Shown in pieces: positions 1 through 13,203 of a stretch of 64,000 bases of DNA. Each line of letters starts with the position of its first letter. The stretch's first letter is position 1. The notes beneath the pieces were generated by a model. It was not told the origin of the DNA and searched no databases. It worked only from the letters and a program-made list of their open reading frames with translations. A program made the translations under genes and the position numbers. The stretch lies in NCBI RefSeq assembly GCF_009914755.1, contig NC_060928.1. One strand, 5' to 3'. Origin of the DNA: the human T2T-CHM13v2.0 reference genome, Homo sapiens.

Positions 1-2283
1 TCAAGCACAACATAAAAGAAATAGATAACTCTGGCTTAATAGTCCAGCAGTGAATTCTTACTTGTTATTTTAGGAAAGAGGAATGAAGTGCTCATTTACC
101 AAAAGCAGCAGAGTTAATGGAAAATAGAATAGAGCTAAAAGCTGAGAGCAGAGTCTACAGAAAAAAAAGGCTGAAAAACTGACATCACAAATCAAAGCCA
201 TGAAAGGTAAAACATTAAGTTCTTAAACAAATCATAAATGTTTTATTAAAAGCAATTTTTCTAACACATGCATTGTCTCCATTCTGAGAATTTGTAAAGA
301 AATTATTTTTGGGCTTAAAGCTATTTTTAGAGCTACTGCTAATAAAGAGAAATCCTCATTCTGTAATGCACCCAATCTTGCATAAAATAATGTTTTTCTA
401 ACATAATTAAGTATATTGATATTACGGTATAAGAACATATTAAAATAATTTATAATCCCAATTACATGAAGTAGTGATATGGATAACAGAAGACCACCTC
501 CCACTTGATCATATATTGACTTTACTGATCAAAATGGATACATATAGCTTTTTTTTTTTTACAAGACATAAAACTGGGCAGAAACTTAGAAGCTTTTTTT
601 TTAAAGTTTAACTCTAAAGAGCATATAAATTACGTAAACAAAGGTTTTAATTTATAACCTTGTGTAGTTATTTTGTAATACTGCTGTGCCCTATTGTAAG
701 TTCAGTGGCTATTCTGTCTTAATCACATGCTTAAATTGTAAACCACAACACGAATGCTCTAGAGCATAAATATGCTATATAAATACAACAATCCAAAAAT
801 TTTCAACACACCTACATCATAAATTATGATTTTGCCTTGGTGCCTAACTCAAAGAAACAAGTAGCTTTTTCCTTTTTCCAGTGGAACAACCCCAAAAACA
901 AACGAGATGAGGTTAGTAATGAATTCAATTACAAGCGAAGAACTGTGATTTTTCCCATCTAAACCTCTTCCCAATGTCACTGTGCACCTAATTATGCTGG
1001 AGGTTTAAAAATCTATGAGTAATTCTTGATCACTCACTCTTTCCTTTACAACTCACACTCATCTATCTACAAGTTCTGTTAGGCCCCCACCCCACCCCAC
1101 CTTTTTTTTAAACAAAAGATACCTCAAATTCAATGACTTCTGACTATCTCTCTTCCCAACTCTTTTGTCTAAGATACCAGCATCTCTCAGCTGAACTACT
1201 GCAGTAACTGCTAACTAGTCTAGCTGCCTCTACTCTACTCTTATAATCCAACAGTTCTATTTCTTTTGGTTATCTTTCATGACTTCTTCATACTCTTTTG
1301 AATTATTGAGGACCCAAAGAGCTTTTATGTAAGTTACACCTATCAATATTTACTGTGTTAGAAATTAAAACTGAGAGAAATTTAAATCACAAGAATATAC
1401 ATATTCCATTGTCAGAGCAAGGATATCACCACACATCATATAGACTCTGGAAAACTCCACTCTGCCGCCTAAGATAATCAGAATGAAAAAGGCAAATAAC
1501 ATCTTAGTAATATGAAAATAAAAAGTTCGAGTGTGCAGAACCACTGAAAGGGTCTGAGGGATTCTTAGTGTCCCTGGACCACACTTTGAAAACTACAATT
1601 ATAGTCTTCTCTCCATACAGCAAGCCATAGTGATCCTTTAAAAATATAAAACAGATTAAAACTCACAGGCCTAAAAACTCAAATGTCTTCGAAGATCTTG
1701 TAACGTATGGCCCCCAACCTACTTCTCCCAAACTAATCTTCTGGTATATTTTATTCCTACTATCCTCTCCTCTTTACCACTCTATTTTGGTCCTGTTTGC
1801 CTCTTATTGTTCCTCAAAACCGCCAACCTAATTTTTACACTTGCAAATGTTTACATTTGCTGATTCCCCTGCTTTGAATGCCTTCCCCCAGATCTTTATA
1901 TAGCCTGTTCTTTCTCATTACTCGGAGCCCTACTCAAACATCATCTCCTTAGTGAAGACTTCTCTAACCTTCTAATCTAAGAGAACCAGAACTGTCCTTC
2001 TCCCTACATCATGCAGATATCATTCTCTATTTTTCTTTACTCAGATTTTTCTTCTTCATAGGACTTGAAACTATTTAAAAACGCATGATGTATTTATTTT
2101 CTTGTTTACTGTACATCTTCCCTAGCAGAAGGTAATTTTCATGAGTAAAAAAATTTGTCTCTATTCACTAATGTATTTCTAGTGGCTATAACTGTCTCCA
2201 ATACATAGATAGTCAATGAATATTCATTGAATGAACCACTGAACCTCTAGAAAATCACCATCATAACGACATTTAAAATTAGA

Positions 2284-2548
2284 GGCTGGGCGCAGTGGCT
2301 CACCTGAGGTCAGGAGTTCAAGACCAGCCTGGCCAACATGGTAAAACCCCGTCTCTACTAAAAATACAAAAAATTAGCTGGGCTTGGTGGCGGGTGCCTG
2401 TAAGATCCCAGCTACTCAGGGGACTGAGACAGGAGAATAGCTTGAACCCGGGAGGCGGAGGTTGGGGTGAGCCAAGATTGTGTCACTGCACTCCAGCCTG
2501 GGCGATAGAATGAGACTCTGTCTCGGGAAAAAAAAAAAAAAAAAAAAA
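2284..2548 (+). mobile_element. Alu (AluS-type) with ~44-nt internal deletion in left arm
   Basis: GGCTGGGCGCAGTGGCTCA joins directly to CCTGAGGTCAGGAG; A-rich linker, right arm, poly-A; TSD AAAATTAGA at 2275-2283 and 2545-2553. Confidence 0.95.
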
Positions 2549-2805
2549 TTAGATGATGATTTCAATGTTTATCATCCTTTCCATTCCTAACATTAATTCT
2601 TCCTTAGTTTTGGCAATCTGTCTATAAACCAAACTTAGATCCTAGTTTTAAAAACAGGAAATGAATATATCAAAATTAATGAAAAAAATGATTGTGATTA
2701 ATATGTAAAAAGTTTCTTATATAACCCATCAATGAGTTAAAAATTCTACTAGTGAAAGTGTTCTTCCTTGGTTAACTACATGTCATTACTAAATGATACA
2801 ATTAC

Positions 2806-2886
2806 CTTAATTGGAGGGCACTGAGAACGGCAAAAGTCATTGATCTTCTTCTGCAATGGAAGTTTCATCTCAGTCAATACTACACA
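2806..2886 (-). CDS. UBA6: UBA6 coding exon 7 (81 nt; CVVLTEMKLPLQKKINDFCRSQCPPIK)
   Basis: ctcaacag|TGT acceptor and AAG|gtaat donor; in frame with exon 6 (c.466-546). Confidence 0.95.
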
Positions 2887-3360
2887 CTGTTGAGAAAACA
2901 ACAAATTAAAAACTAGAAAATACATAATTATTTTTTGTAGTATACAATAATCAGAAGCATGTCAGTTTGCGTTGTGCTAAAGACACATCGCTAATCTCAT
3001 TGAAAAGTTATAATCCTACGGAATTCCATTCCAAGGTTAATACCTTCACAAAGTATAGGTAACAGAAGTAAAAATAACATATACAGGGGAAAACCTGCAC
3101 ACATAAAACTTGATAACCATCACACGCTTTATGATTAGAAGCAAACCTTAATATCCTATGCAGTATTTATGGACTCTAAGTGATTAGATTTGTTTCATCT
3201 ATTACTATCACACAAATATTAACCTAGCTACCAGAGTATTACTTTCATGCTAGCTTAAAAACCTGACAACATTTTTAAGAGACACATTAGTTGGCTACTA
3301 GAACATGTCCATCTGTGGATTTAGTTTTTTTAAATCTAGCTTGCAATATGGTTTGCTTCC

Positions 3361-3803
3361 TGTAGGGAGACATTCCTCCATGGGCCTCTCAGTCTATACA
3401 GTCTCACAAGGTATGCCATGAATGCAAGGCCCTTACCGCTCTTTACTTGAGGTCATTTCTCAGAATTGTATTTGCTGTGTAAAAACTTGAGGGATGAGGT
3501 AAGGTCTTCCTCAGGGACAAAGAGACGTCTTAGCTTGCTTTAAAACAGCCAGTTCCCCAAGCTCAGTGTTCTTCTCTAAAGCAACCTACTGCATGTGCAT
3601 TCACTGAGCCCTCTGCCTTGAACTAGAGGGACTTGGGGGACGGGGGCGAGGAAGAAAATGCAATATATGCTCATATTTTTTATTATGCACTGAGTAATAA
3701 ACTTCTTAGTCTCTGACCCAGGAATCTCATATTTCCTGCATCTGTGAAACAGTAACAGGATAGTTTGCAAATAATAAAAAAATCAAAGACTCGACCCATC
3801 ACA
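3361..3803 (+). mobile_element. Solo ERVL-type LTR (LTR40-like)
   Basis: Begins TGTAGGGAGACATTCCTCCATGGGCCTCTC, internal AATAAA, ends ...CATCACA; family recalled from consensus. Confidence 0.6.
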
Positions 3804-3982
3804 TATTGAATCTGATTTGTGTTTGATCAATGTTAGAAAATTCTCAGCCACAATTTCTTTGAATATTGCTCTTTTCTATTGCTTTCTATCTAGAAATCCA
3901 ATTTCATAAATTGGACCTTTTCATTCAAGCTCTCATTTATTTTAACTTGTCCATAATATTTTCTCTTATTTCTGTTTTGGGT

Positions 3983-4250
3983 TTTTTTTTTGAGACACAG
4001 TCTCACTCTGTTGCCCAGGCTGGCGTGCAGTGGTGCGATCTGGGCTCACTGCAAAACAACCTCTGCCTCCCAGGTTCAAGCGATTCTCCTGCCTCAGCCT
4101 CCCCAGTAGCTGGGATTACAGGCACATGCCACCATGCCCAGCTAATTTTTGTATTTTTAGTAGAGACGGGGTTTCGCCATGCTGGCCAGGCTGGTCTCGA
4201 ACTCCTGACCTCAGGTTTTCTGCCTGCCTTGACTTCCAAAGTGCTGGGAT
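3983..4250 (-). mobile_element. Alu (5'-truncated)
   Basis: poly-T then GAGACACAGTCTCACTCTGTTGCCCAGGCTGG...CAAAGTGCTGGGAT. Confidence 0.93.
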
Positions 4251-4541
4251 ATTTTCTTTATTTCTATGTGCTATAGCTTTGGTAATTTCCTCAGGTCTAT
4301 CTTTCAATTCACTAATGTTTATTCCAGCTATATCTATTCACTGTTTAATCTATCCACTGAATTTTAATTTTTAAGACTTCATGTTCATTTCCATAAGTTG
4401 TACCTGGTTCTTTATCACATCTGCCTGGTCTTTTTCAATAGTGTCTTATTTGTATATTATATATTTAATCCCTTCTTTTACGATTTACTAGTTTTGAACA
4501 TCTGTATTTTATAATCTTTCTCAAATAATTCTATTCTCCTA

Positions 4542-4922
<381 letters not shown>

Positions 4923-5096
4923 AATTCTTTGAGGTTTAATAGTTTGTTGACTCTTGGTCATATTGAGCTGCTTTTTCCCATCTTGTTATTTTGTACTGTG
5001 AACTCAAAGGGACTTTATATACTGGAATACCCTGTAACTTAGTTGAGGGTATATTTCTCTAGATTTGTTTAATTTTGTTTTTGTCTGGCACTTTAG

Positions 5097-5499
<403 letters not shown>

Positions 5500-6094
5500 T
5501 AATCTCTAAACCTATGTGACAGCACGCCTAATGGTTATGAATTCCCCAGGAAAACCTTTACTTTTCATCCAGAGCTTAAGAGAAAACAAAACAGACAAGA
5601 TTGGTAAAGATTGTTCTTGTCCACCCTTTCACTGAGGGCATAGCTCTCTGAGGCTCCAGCTTTATGAAGAAGGGGAGGTCTCAATTCAATTTCTCTAGTT
5701 TATGTAGTTCTAGGTCTGAATCTTCTGTTTCTATGTGAACATCAATTCCCAAGAACTTTGGTTACTGTGACAGGCAACTCCTGTCGCTAAGAGTACCTAC
5801 AGATAACAGTTCACTAGTCTTTTAGCTAACTGTTCATTTGTGGCCTCTGAGCATTTTCCTTACATTATTTTGAGCTCGGATAGTCATTTAAAAGAAAGTC
5901 TGTTTAGAAATTCTAGGTGCTTTGTAGCAGGATGAATTTTAAGTTATCTACTCCAGAACAGAAGTCTATACCCATTTTTAAATGGATCACAGCATAATTT
6001 ACTCACAGAAAAAAAAAAAAAAATCAGGGTCAACCTAGTCACTTTTACAATATCCAAGGTCCTGGGAATTTTGTTGTTGTTATTTAAGGAATTG

Positions 6095-6522
6095 TTACCT
6101 ATAATAGATTGAACTACTGATCCATGTATTTTTACTCCCCTGTAATTGTACTGCTTGCCCATGGCTTTAGGAAGAGTACTTTTCTGCTTCTTGACTTTAG
6201 GCTTGATAACATTGACTTGCTTTGGCCGACAGGATGTTAATGGACACAACAAAAACAGAAGCTTGAAATGTGCATGTGTGGCTGGACTTGACCTTCTGTT
6301 TCTCCTACTACCATGAGAACATGACCTAGGTAGCCTCCTGGTCCCAGAAGAGAGACACATGGGGGAGAACCCAAACTCTGGAGTTTAATCCAGGCTGAGT
6401 TCAGCCTAGAAACCCCAACTGACATATTCAGGTACACAGGAAAGAAATAAATGCATGTTGCTATAAACCAGAGTTTTGAGTAGTTTTTAATGGATATTAC
6501 TGAGAAAAAAGCCAACTGATAT
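6095..6522 (+). mobile_element. Old MaLR LTR (MLT1-type)
   Basis: MLT1-like 3' end AAATAAATGCATGTTGCTATAAACCAGAGTTTTGAG...AACTGATATA. Confidence 0.6.
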
Positions 6523-6719
6523 AACTACTTTGTCAGTAGTTCTTAGGTCCCTTCCTTAAAATGGAGAATTTGAAAGGTTTTATTCTAATATGTCTTCTAC
6601 CTTGAAATTTTTTTGTTCTGTTTCTCAATACACTAGGTTAAATTAGTTAAACATATTAATATTTAACAATTTTGCCCTGGAACCTGTCAATAACATTTAA
6701 TACAAAATGGAGTACTAAC

Positions 6720-6831
6720 CTGGTATTTATCTAAAAAGGAGAGATCTGTGGTCTCATTGAAAGGAACAGAAGATGATGTGACATGAACGTATGGATTTAG
6801 TTCTGCAATATGTTTAAGTACAGCTTCAGCC
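6720..6831 (-). CDS. UBA6: UBA6 coding exon 6 (112 nt; AEAVLKHIAELNPYVHVTSSSVPFNETTDLSFLDKYQ)
   Basis: ttttttag|G acceptor and CAG|gttagt donor; E1-typical LNPYV motif is visible in ORF 6687..6941. Confidence 0.96.
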
Positions 6832-7338
6832 CTAAAAAAATAAAATAAATTTTTACTGTTCTTTAATTCAATATACTCAAATCTCTTCAAGTTGGACACT
6901 GTAATGACATCAGAGGAACCTGACATGTTACAAAATTTCAATGGAAACTTACCTTGTAGAAGAAAGAAACCAAAACTTACTTGTCTTTACAGGTAACCAT
7001 ACAATCTTGAAATGATATACTATCATATTCTACAATAAACCACACAATCTCAAAGTGTACCCTAATAGTTCCAAGCTCCAGGCTCCTTAACTTTCTTAAT
7101 AATTTAGCAACACTAAAGTCCTTCTTTAATAAATTCAAGGAAATACATTTCTAGGTAGCAGTGTAATATATATATATCTTTTATATATATAATATATATA
7201 AAAGATATATTATATGTAATATATATTATATAATACATATTATGTAAATATATAAAAAATTTGACAAATACAAATAATTAAGTATATATCAATATTTATT
7301 TAGCCACAGTAGTAGGAATTTATGGTGATCAATTAAAT

Positions 7339-7551
7339 AACTATGACTGATTGGTGTTCTAGATAAAGGAAATATTCTAAGTAAATGAGTTAAAAAAAAA
7401 CTCATAATACATAAAAATATCTTTACCTGTATAAAGTAGAGCACTTTATATTTAAACAACTATGACTGATTGGTGTTCTAGATAAAGGAAATATTTTAAG
7501 TAAATAAATTTAAAAAAACTCATGATAATACATCAAAATATCTTTACCTGT
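7339..7551. repeat. Local direct duplication of ~92 bp (7339-7430 and 7458-7551) including the exon-5 donor
   Basis: AACTATGACTGATTGGTGTTCTAGATAAAGGAAATATT...AAATATCTTTACCTGT occurs twice. Confidence 0.92.
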
Positions 7552-7642
7552 TTCTCTTATTAACAACATCATCTTCACTGAGAAAGAAGTTGGTTCCTAG
7601 ATCCCATGCTTGGCATTTTTCTGTATCATGAATTGTAACTGC
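7548..7642 (-). CDS. UBA6: UBA6 coding exon 5 (95 nt; AVTIHDTEKCQAWDLGTNFFLSEDDVVNKRNR)
   Basis: ttttgaag|GCA acceptor and CAG|gtaaag donor; E1 'VTIHD...DL..NFFL' motif. Confidence 0.96.
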
Positions 7643-7779
7643 CTTCAAAAAAGAAAAAAGTATTGGTTGAAGTCAGGAGTTCAAGGATATGCACTCTCTC
7701 CAGTATTACTGACAATGTACTAGAACTATTATTTTGTGTAATTAGACAATGAAAAGTAAACAAAGGCATAAGAATTAAA

Positions 7780-10560
7780 ATATGTAAAGATGTTCAACCT
7801 TGCCCAGAAATGAAATAACTTTTCTCACTTGTTAGATTGGCATAAATCCACAGTTTGACAACATAGTCTATTGGTGATGGTGAGGTGAATGAGCGACTCT
7901 CATTATTACTGATTAACAAGGTAAACTGGCTCAACCTCAACGGAAAGGAATTTGGCAATCTCTAGCAAAAAGACATATGCATTTATCCTGTGATGCAGCA
8001 ATCCCACTTTTAGGACTCCATCTCAAAGACACACTGGGAGAAATACAAAAAGCTATATATACAAGAGTATTAAATATAGCACACTATTTGTAAGAGCAAA
8101 AGACTGGAAATAATCAAAATGCCCACCAATGGGGAACTGGCTTTAAGATGATACATCCGTACAATGTATAATCATGCAACTATTAAAAAAAGAATGAAAG
8201 ATGTATTTATAAATATGGAGTAATCTCCAGGATATGCTATAAAGAGATAGCAAGGTAAAGAAAAGTAGAGCACTTTATATGAGAAAGGTGGGAGGAGATA
8301 AACATATATACCCACACATAAACAGATACACATGTATGTGTGTATGCATTTACCTATCTACAAAAACAAATGAAGAATAAACCAAATATAAAAAGACAGT
8401 AACCTAATAAGTGAAGGAGGAAACAAGGTAACAAGAAGCTAGACTTACCTGAAAATACTTTGTTTAAAAAATCTGACTTTGAATCATAAATCTCACATAA
8501 TAGTAAAACTAAATTTTTTAAAAAGCAATCTCTAAAAATCCAAAGCAAAACAAATACATGGACTAAACTGTTTATGGAGTCTGCTACACACAGAGATTTA
8601 TTTAAAGTGACTTTTAAAAGCAGTTAATTTGCCTGCCAAATCCAGGTAGGATCAAAAAACTCTAAATTTTTTTCAATAATACATTATTATTAACAATATT
8701 GGAATTGGTATTCTGAAACTATGCCATACAAGTAAAATATAATAGGATAAAGAATATATAGCATATATAGGATAAAGCACGTAATGGATCATTAGAAACC
8801 AAAATCCTAATAAGATACAAATATAAAATCACAGAAATAAATATCCTATAATCCAAAGTAAAAATTAGAAATTTTAGTAATACTTTATAAGCCTAAACCT
8901 GAAAATCAGAAATTTCAGTATTTACTCATTACGAACGTTCTAGCTCTGCCCACTGAAAAGACTTTGTAAACAGCGACAAAGACTACTGGGGGCTGTGTCT
9001 CAAAGCCTCAAAAAACAGGAAGAGAACCACAATAACCAAAGATGGAACAATCTGAGCATCAATGAAAATAACTATAATAGATCAAAACACATCAAATTAT
9101 GTTTAAATCCATGAGTTTATCATAATGTACACATACATATAAATTCACTGGTCAATACTACGAAATGATGACAGGAAACCACTGATTTTGAAAACTGGTA
9201 AGTTAATGGGGAAAAATGTAGTATTTATCCTGCATTTTGTAAATGTACAATCCATACTTTCGTGAAACCAAGAAAGTCATGACTGGAATTTTTTTCTAAA
9301 ATATAATTCCAGCTAATAAATGAGAAAAGAATGATAAAACATCATCACTGCCCCTAATGAAATAATGAATCTAGGCAATAATAATTAACAGCTAATAATA
9401 ATCACAAAAAGAGAGACAACAGAATATTACTGTCTCCTGATGGGAGAACAGCTATGAAACAGTCTTGCCAAAAAGAATCAAATCTGAACTGGATTCTCTG
9501 GCTATAACTACCAGTTTACAGGAAATACACATGTAGAAATACCTGTGACAAATGACTAGTTTCTTCAACAAATAAATTGCAAGAAAAAACCTAGGCAAGG
9601 AAGGGAAATCTATAGATTAAAATAAACCAAGTTCAGTATACGAATTTTACTTGGATCCTGATTAGAATGATACAAGCTTTCAATAAAATGTCTTAAGACA
9701 TTTGGGAAAATTTGAACTCTAACTAGACATTTGATGACTGTGGTAGACAGGCTTTTAAGATGGCCACAATGTTTCCTGCTTCATAGTATTTAGGCTTTCG
9801 TGTGATCTCCCACCTTGAGTGTGGCCTGGACCCACTTCTGAGATTAGGTTACAAAAGACTGACTTGTCTTGTTAACACACTCTCTTCTCCTGTCTTACTT
9901 GTTTACTCTGATGAAGCAAACTGCCACACTGTGAACTGCCCTATGGAGAAAGCCATACAAGCAAGGAATTGAGGGTGACCTTTGGTCAAGAGCCAGCAGG
10001 AACTGAGGTCCTCAGTTTAACAATACATGAAGAACTAAATCCTACCAAGAACCACATGAGCCAGCTTGGGAAGCAGATCCTTCCCCAGTCTAGCCTCAAG
10101 ATGACTGCAGGCCCTGCTAATACCTTGACTGCAGCCTTGTAAGAGACTCCCAGAGAAACCCCAACCAGAGTCATGCCCGAATCCTGACTCACAGAAACTA
10201 TGAGACAACAAATGTTGCTTAAGCTACAAATTTTGGGGTAAACTGTTTTATAGCAACATGTAAACTAATACAATGGTATTAAGAGCTTGTTACATTTTAG
10301 GTGTGAAAATTATATTGCTGCTTCAAAAGATATTCTTATCTTTTAAAGATACTACTAAAATATTTAAGGATGATATAATACAATGTCTGAAATTTACATC
10401 AAAATAATTTGGCAGTTGGGGGCAATAAGGAATGGGAAGAAGATATATGAAACAAATGTCCCCAAGAGTTGGTAACTGATGCTTTCTGATGGGTATGTGG
10501 GGTTTTGTTACACAATTCTTTCTTTGTATATTTTTTAAATTTCCATGATTTTTTTTAAAA
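7780..10560 (+). mobile_element. Old L1 (L1MC-type) 3' region, interrupted by an MLT1 LTR
   Basis: Degenerate L1 3' motifs such as GCAGCAATCCCACTTTTAGGA and TTTGTAAGAGCAAAAGACTGGAAATAATCAAAATGCCC. Confidence 0.6.
9739..10273 (+). mobile_element. MaLR LTR (MLT1F-like)
   Basis: TGTGGTAGACAG start; GGAAGCAGATCCTTCCCCAGTC; ends TATAGCAACATGTAAACTAATACA. Confidence 0.75.
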
Positions 10561-10671
10561 AGTAGAGCATTAAAGACAATAATTAAAACAAAGTATAAAC
10601 AATATTACCATAACAAATGAGCCAAAAAAAAAGGCTCATAACAATTTTTCTTACAGAGGACATTTACTTAC

Positions 10672-10700
10672 CTTAATCCCTGCAAGAACAAGATTCTTTG
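10672..10700 (-). CDS. UBA6: UBA6 coding exon 4 (29 nt; AKNLVLAGIK)
   Basis: ctttctag|CA acceptor and AAG|gtaagt donor; E1 'KNLVLAG' motif. Confidence 0.95.
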
Positions 10701-11227
10701 CTAGAAAGGCAAAAGAAAAAGGAATAGCTCAATATTGGGAATACACACTAGATATGTCTTCACAGAGCTTAGTCACATATCTGACTGCATACTTTTAACT
10801 TCTTTTTTTACTACTTAATACAAGTTCCTTGTCTTAAAAAAGTTACAAAATACAGGTTAAAAGTGAAAAAATTAAAATGTGCATAATCACAACACCCAGA
10901 GATAATCACTCCTAAAATTTCAACGTATTCTTCCAGATATGTTTTTATGAATACAGTATATGTATGTGTGCTTATAATGAATTAATGGATATAGAGAATG
11001 ATAATTAATGGCTATTAACATCACAAAAAGAAGCAATGAGTCATTATTGGTTCTTTGTGGAAGAATATAACATCACGAAATAGTCTTGACAAAGATTAAA
11101 AACTCAATCTGATCAACATTTTGGATCTAACTTCCTTTATAGGAAATATAAGGGGATGAAGTTAAGTTATTTAAACTATCTTCATTGCTCAAAAGTGTCA
11201 AAAATTAGGAATATAAATATTGCTTAC

Positions 11228-11322
11228 CAATTTCCAAACCAAGACCACCCATCCCACTTAAGAAAACATGGGACTTGGCCATCTTCTGCATTGCTGTGTC
11301 TCCAAGAACGTACCTCTGTCGA
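11228..11322 (-). CDS. UBA6: UBA6 coding exon 3 (95 nt; RQRYVLGDTAMQKMAKSHVFLSGMGGLGLEI)
   Basis: ccgtgtag|T acceptor and TTG|gtaagc donor; GxGGLG motif of the E1 inactive adenylation domain. Confidence 0.96.
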
Positions 11323-11383
11323 CTACACGGAAAACACAATAAAAAACAAAAAATTATTTCACTGAAATTATAATATCTCTTAA

Positions 11384-11685
11384 AGTTGTTTGCAAACTAA
11401 AAGCCTAGGAACTCAATCCGGCCCACAGACTTGTTATGAATGATTTGCACAGTGTTTAAACATTTCTGAATTAAATGCCAAATATATGACATATTTTGAA
11501 AAATCAGATAATTTGGCACCACAATCCATATTCCCTCAAGGCAATAGACAGATGGAGGTGAGTAAGAGTTGCCCTGTTTAGGCAGGAGGATTATGTGCTC
11601 CAGATTTGCCACAATCAATTCCTTCCTGTTCCTCTCATTTATTACCTCAGTGGCCACTATAAGCATTTGAGTTTGCCATTTCCAC
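11384..11685 (+). mobile_element. hAT-Charlie DNA transposon relic (MER102-like)
   Basis: TGCAAACT...AATCCGGCCCACAGA start and GAGTTTGCCA end resemble degenerate TIRs. Confidence 0.45.
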
Positions 11686-12570
11686 CTTAAAACTTTCACT
11701 ATCAACAGGATTTCTGAGGCAACAACAACAAAAAAAATTTGGTTCTCTTCTTGGAGTTCAGATGTTATATAAAGGACCTTGTTAAGTTATGCATCCTAAT
11801 AGCCACAAGGTAGTAACAGGATGGGAATTTCAAAAAATATACGTTAGTAATTTAAAAGTCTGATATAGTAATAAAGTCAATTGTAAGTGTTTATCTGAAA
11901 GAACAATGAGAAACTTGATGCTATCTTTGGAGATAATATAAATTCCAATGAATTCTTATGAGAAACATTTTAAAGATTAGTTCGATATAAATAAATAATT
12001 TCAGAACCCCTTGGGTTATAAGTATTTACTTTCAGAATTAACACATACATGTTTAATGCACATTTGTTTTAAAAATAAATATTTAATTTCCATTATTTCA
12101 GCTTTTCATATTCAACATAAAAGCCTGAAAAGGGATTTCTTATCTAGAGAGACAAAACTTTATAAACACAAGCTATCTTTATTTCCTTCCCTGTTTCATA
12201 CAAAATATAATAAAACCTAAACTTTTCTTTTTAAATTGGTACTCAAGACTTTTGTTTTAGAAAGTAAAAACTATCCATTTACACATCAAATATTTATTGA
12301 AAATCTACTATAGTATGTACGAAAGTTCTTATATAGTCTTACCACCCTTATGCGTACCCAGAAATAATATACTTAGGTTTTACCTGATTTTAGACTTTGT
12401 ATAGATGGAATCACTTTGAGTGTCTTTTATCTTGTTTCTTTTGAATGAAATTATTTATGAGATGGACTTATACTGATGTCTGCAACTGGTCATTAATATT
12501 CATTTATATTGTATTCTGACCATTCTTATAAACATCTCCTGGTACACACTTAAGAGTTGTTTCTCTGATA

Positions 12571-12799
12571 CAAGCTTGTCCAACCCACGGTCCACAGGCT
12601 GCATGCGGCCCAGGACAGCTTTGAATGCGGCCCAATACAAATTCGTAAACTTTCTTAAAACATTATGAGATTTTTTTGCAATTTTTTTTTTTTTTTAGTT
12701 CATCAGCTATCATTACTGTTAGTGGATTCTATGTGTGGTCCAAGACAATTATTCTTCTTCCAATGTGGCCCAGGGAAGCAAAAAGATTGGACACCCCTG
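12571..12799. mobile_element. MER30 (hAT-Charlie MITE)
   Basis: TIR-like ends CAAGCTTGTCCAA / TTGGACACCCCTG; GCGGCCCAGGACAGCTTTGAATGCGGCCCAA. Confidence 0.85.
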
Positions 12800-12896
12800 C
12801 TCTAATGTATATCCCCAGAGAGGAAATGCAGGATTTAAGAATATGTATACTTCAACTTCATTAGACAGTGCCAAACTGTTTTCCAAAATGGACGTA

Positions 12897-13203
12897 CCAG
12901 GACAGTTGTGGTGGCTCACGCCTATAATCCCAGCACTTTGGGAGGCCTACATGGGTGGATTACTTGAGCTCAGGAGTTCAAGACCAGCCTGGGCAACACA
13001 GCAAAACCCCATCTCTATAAAAACTACAAAAATTAGCAGGATGAGGTGGTGGGTGCCTGCAGTTAAGTCCCAGCTACTCGGATGGCTGAGGCAGGAGAAT
13101 TGCTTGAGCCAGGAGGTGGAGGTTGCAGTGAGCCAAGATCATGCCACTGCACTCCAGCTTGGGCGACGGGAATGAAATCCTGTTTCAAACAAAACAAAAC
13201 AAC
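12897..13203 (+). mobile_element. Alu (AluJ-type)
   Basis: Diverged two-arm Alu with (CAAAA)n tail. Confidence 0.9.

Noticed and set aside
1-2280. Further UBA6 exon (exon 8)
   Set aside because: No segment encoding the expected continuation (FISADVHG...) was found; it lies outside the window
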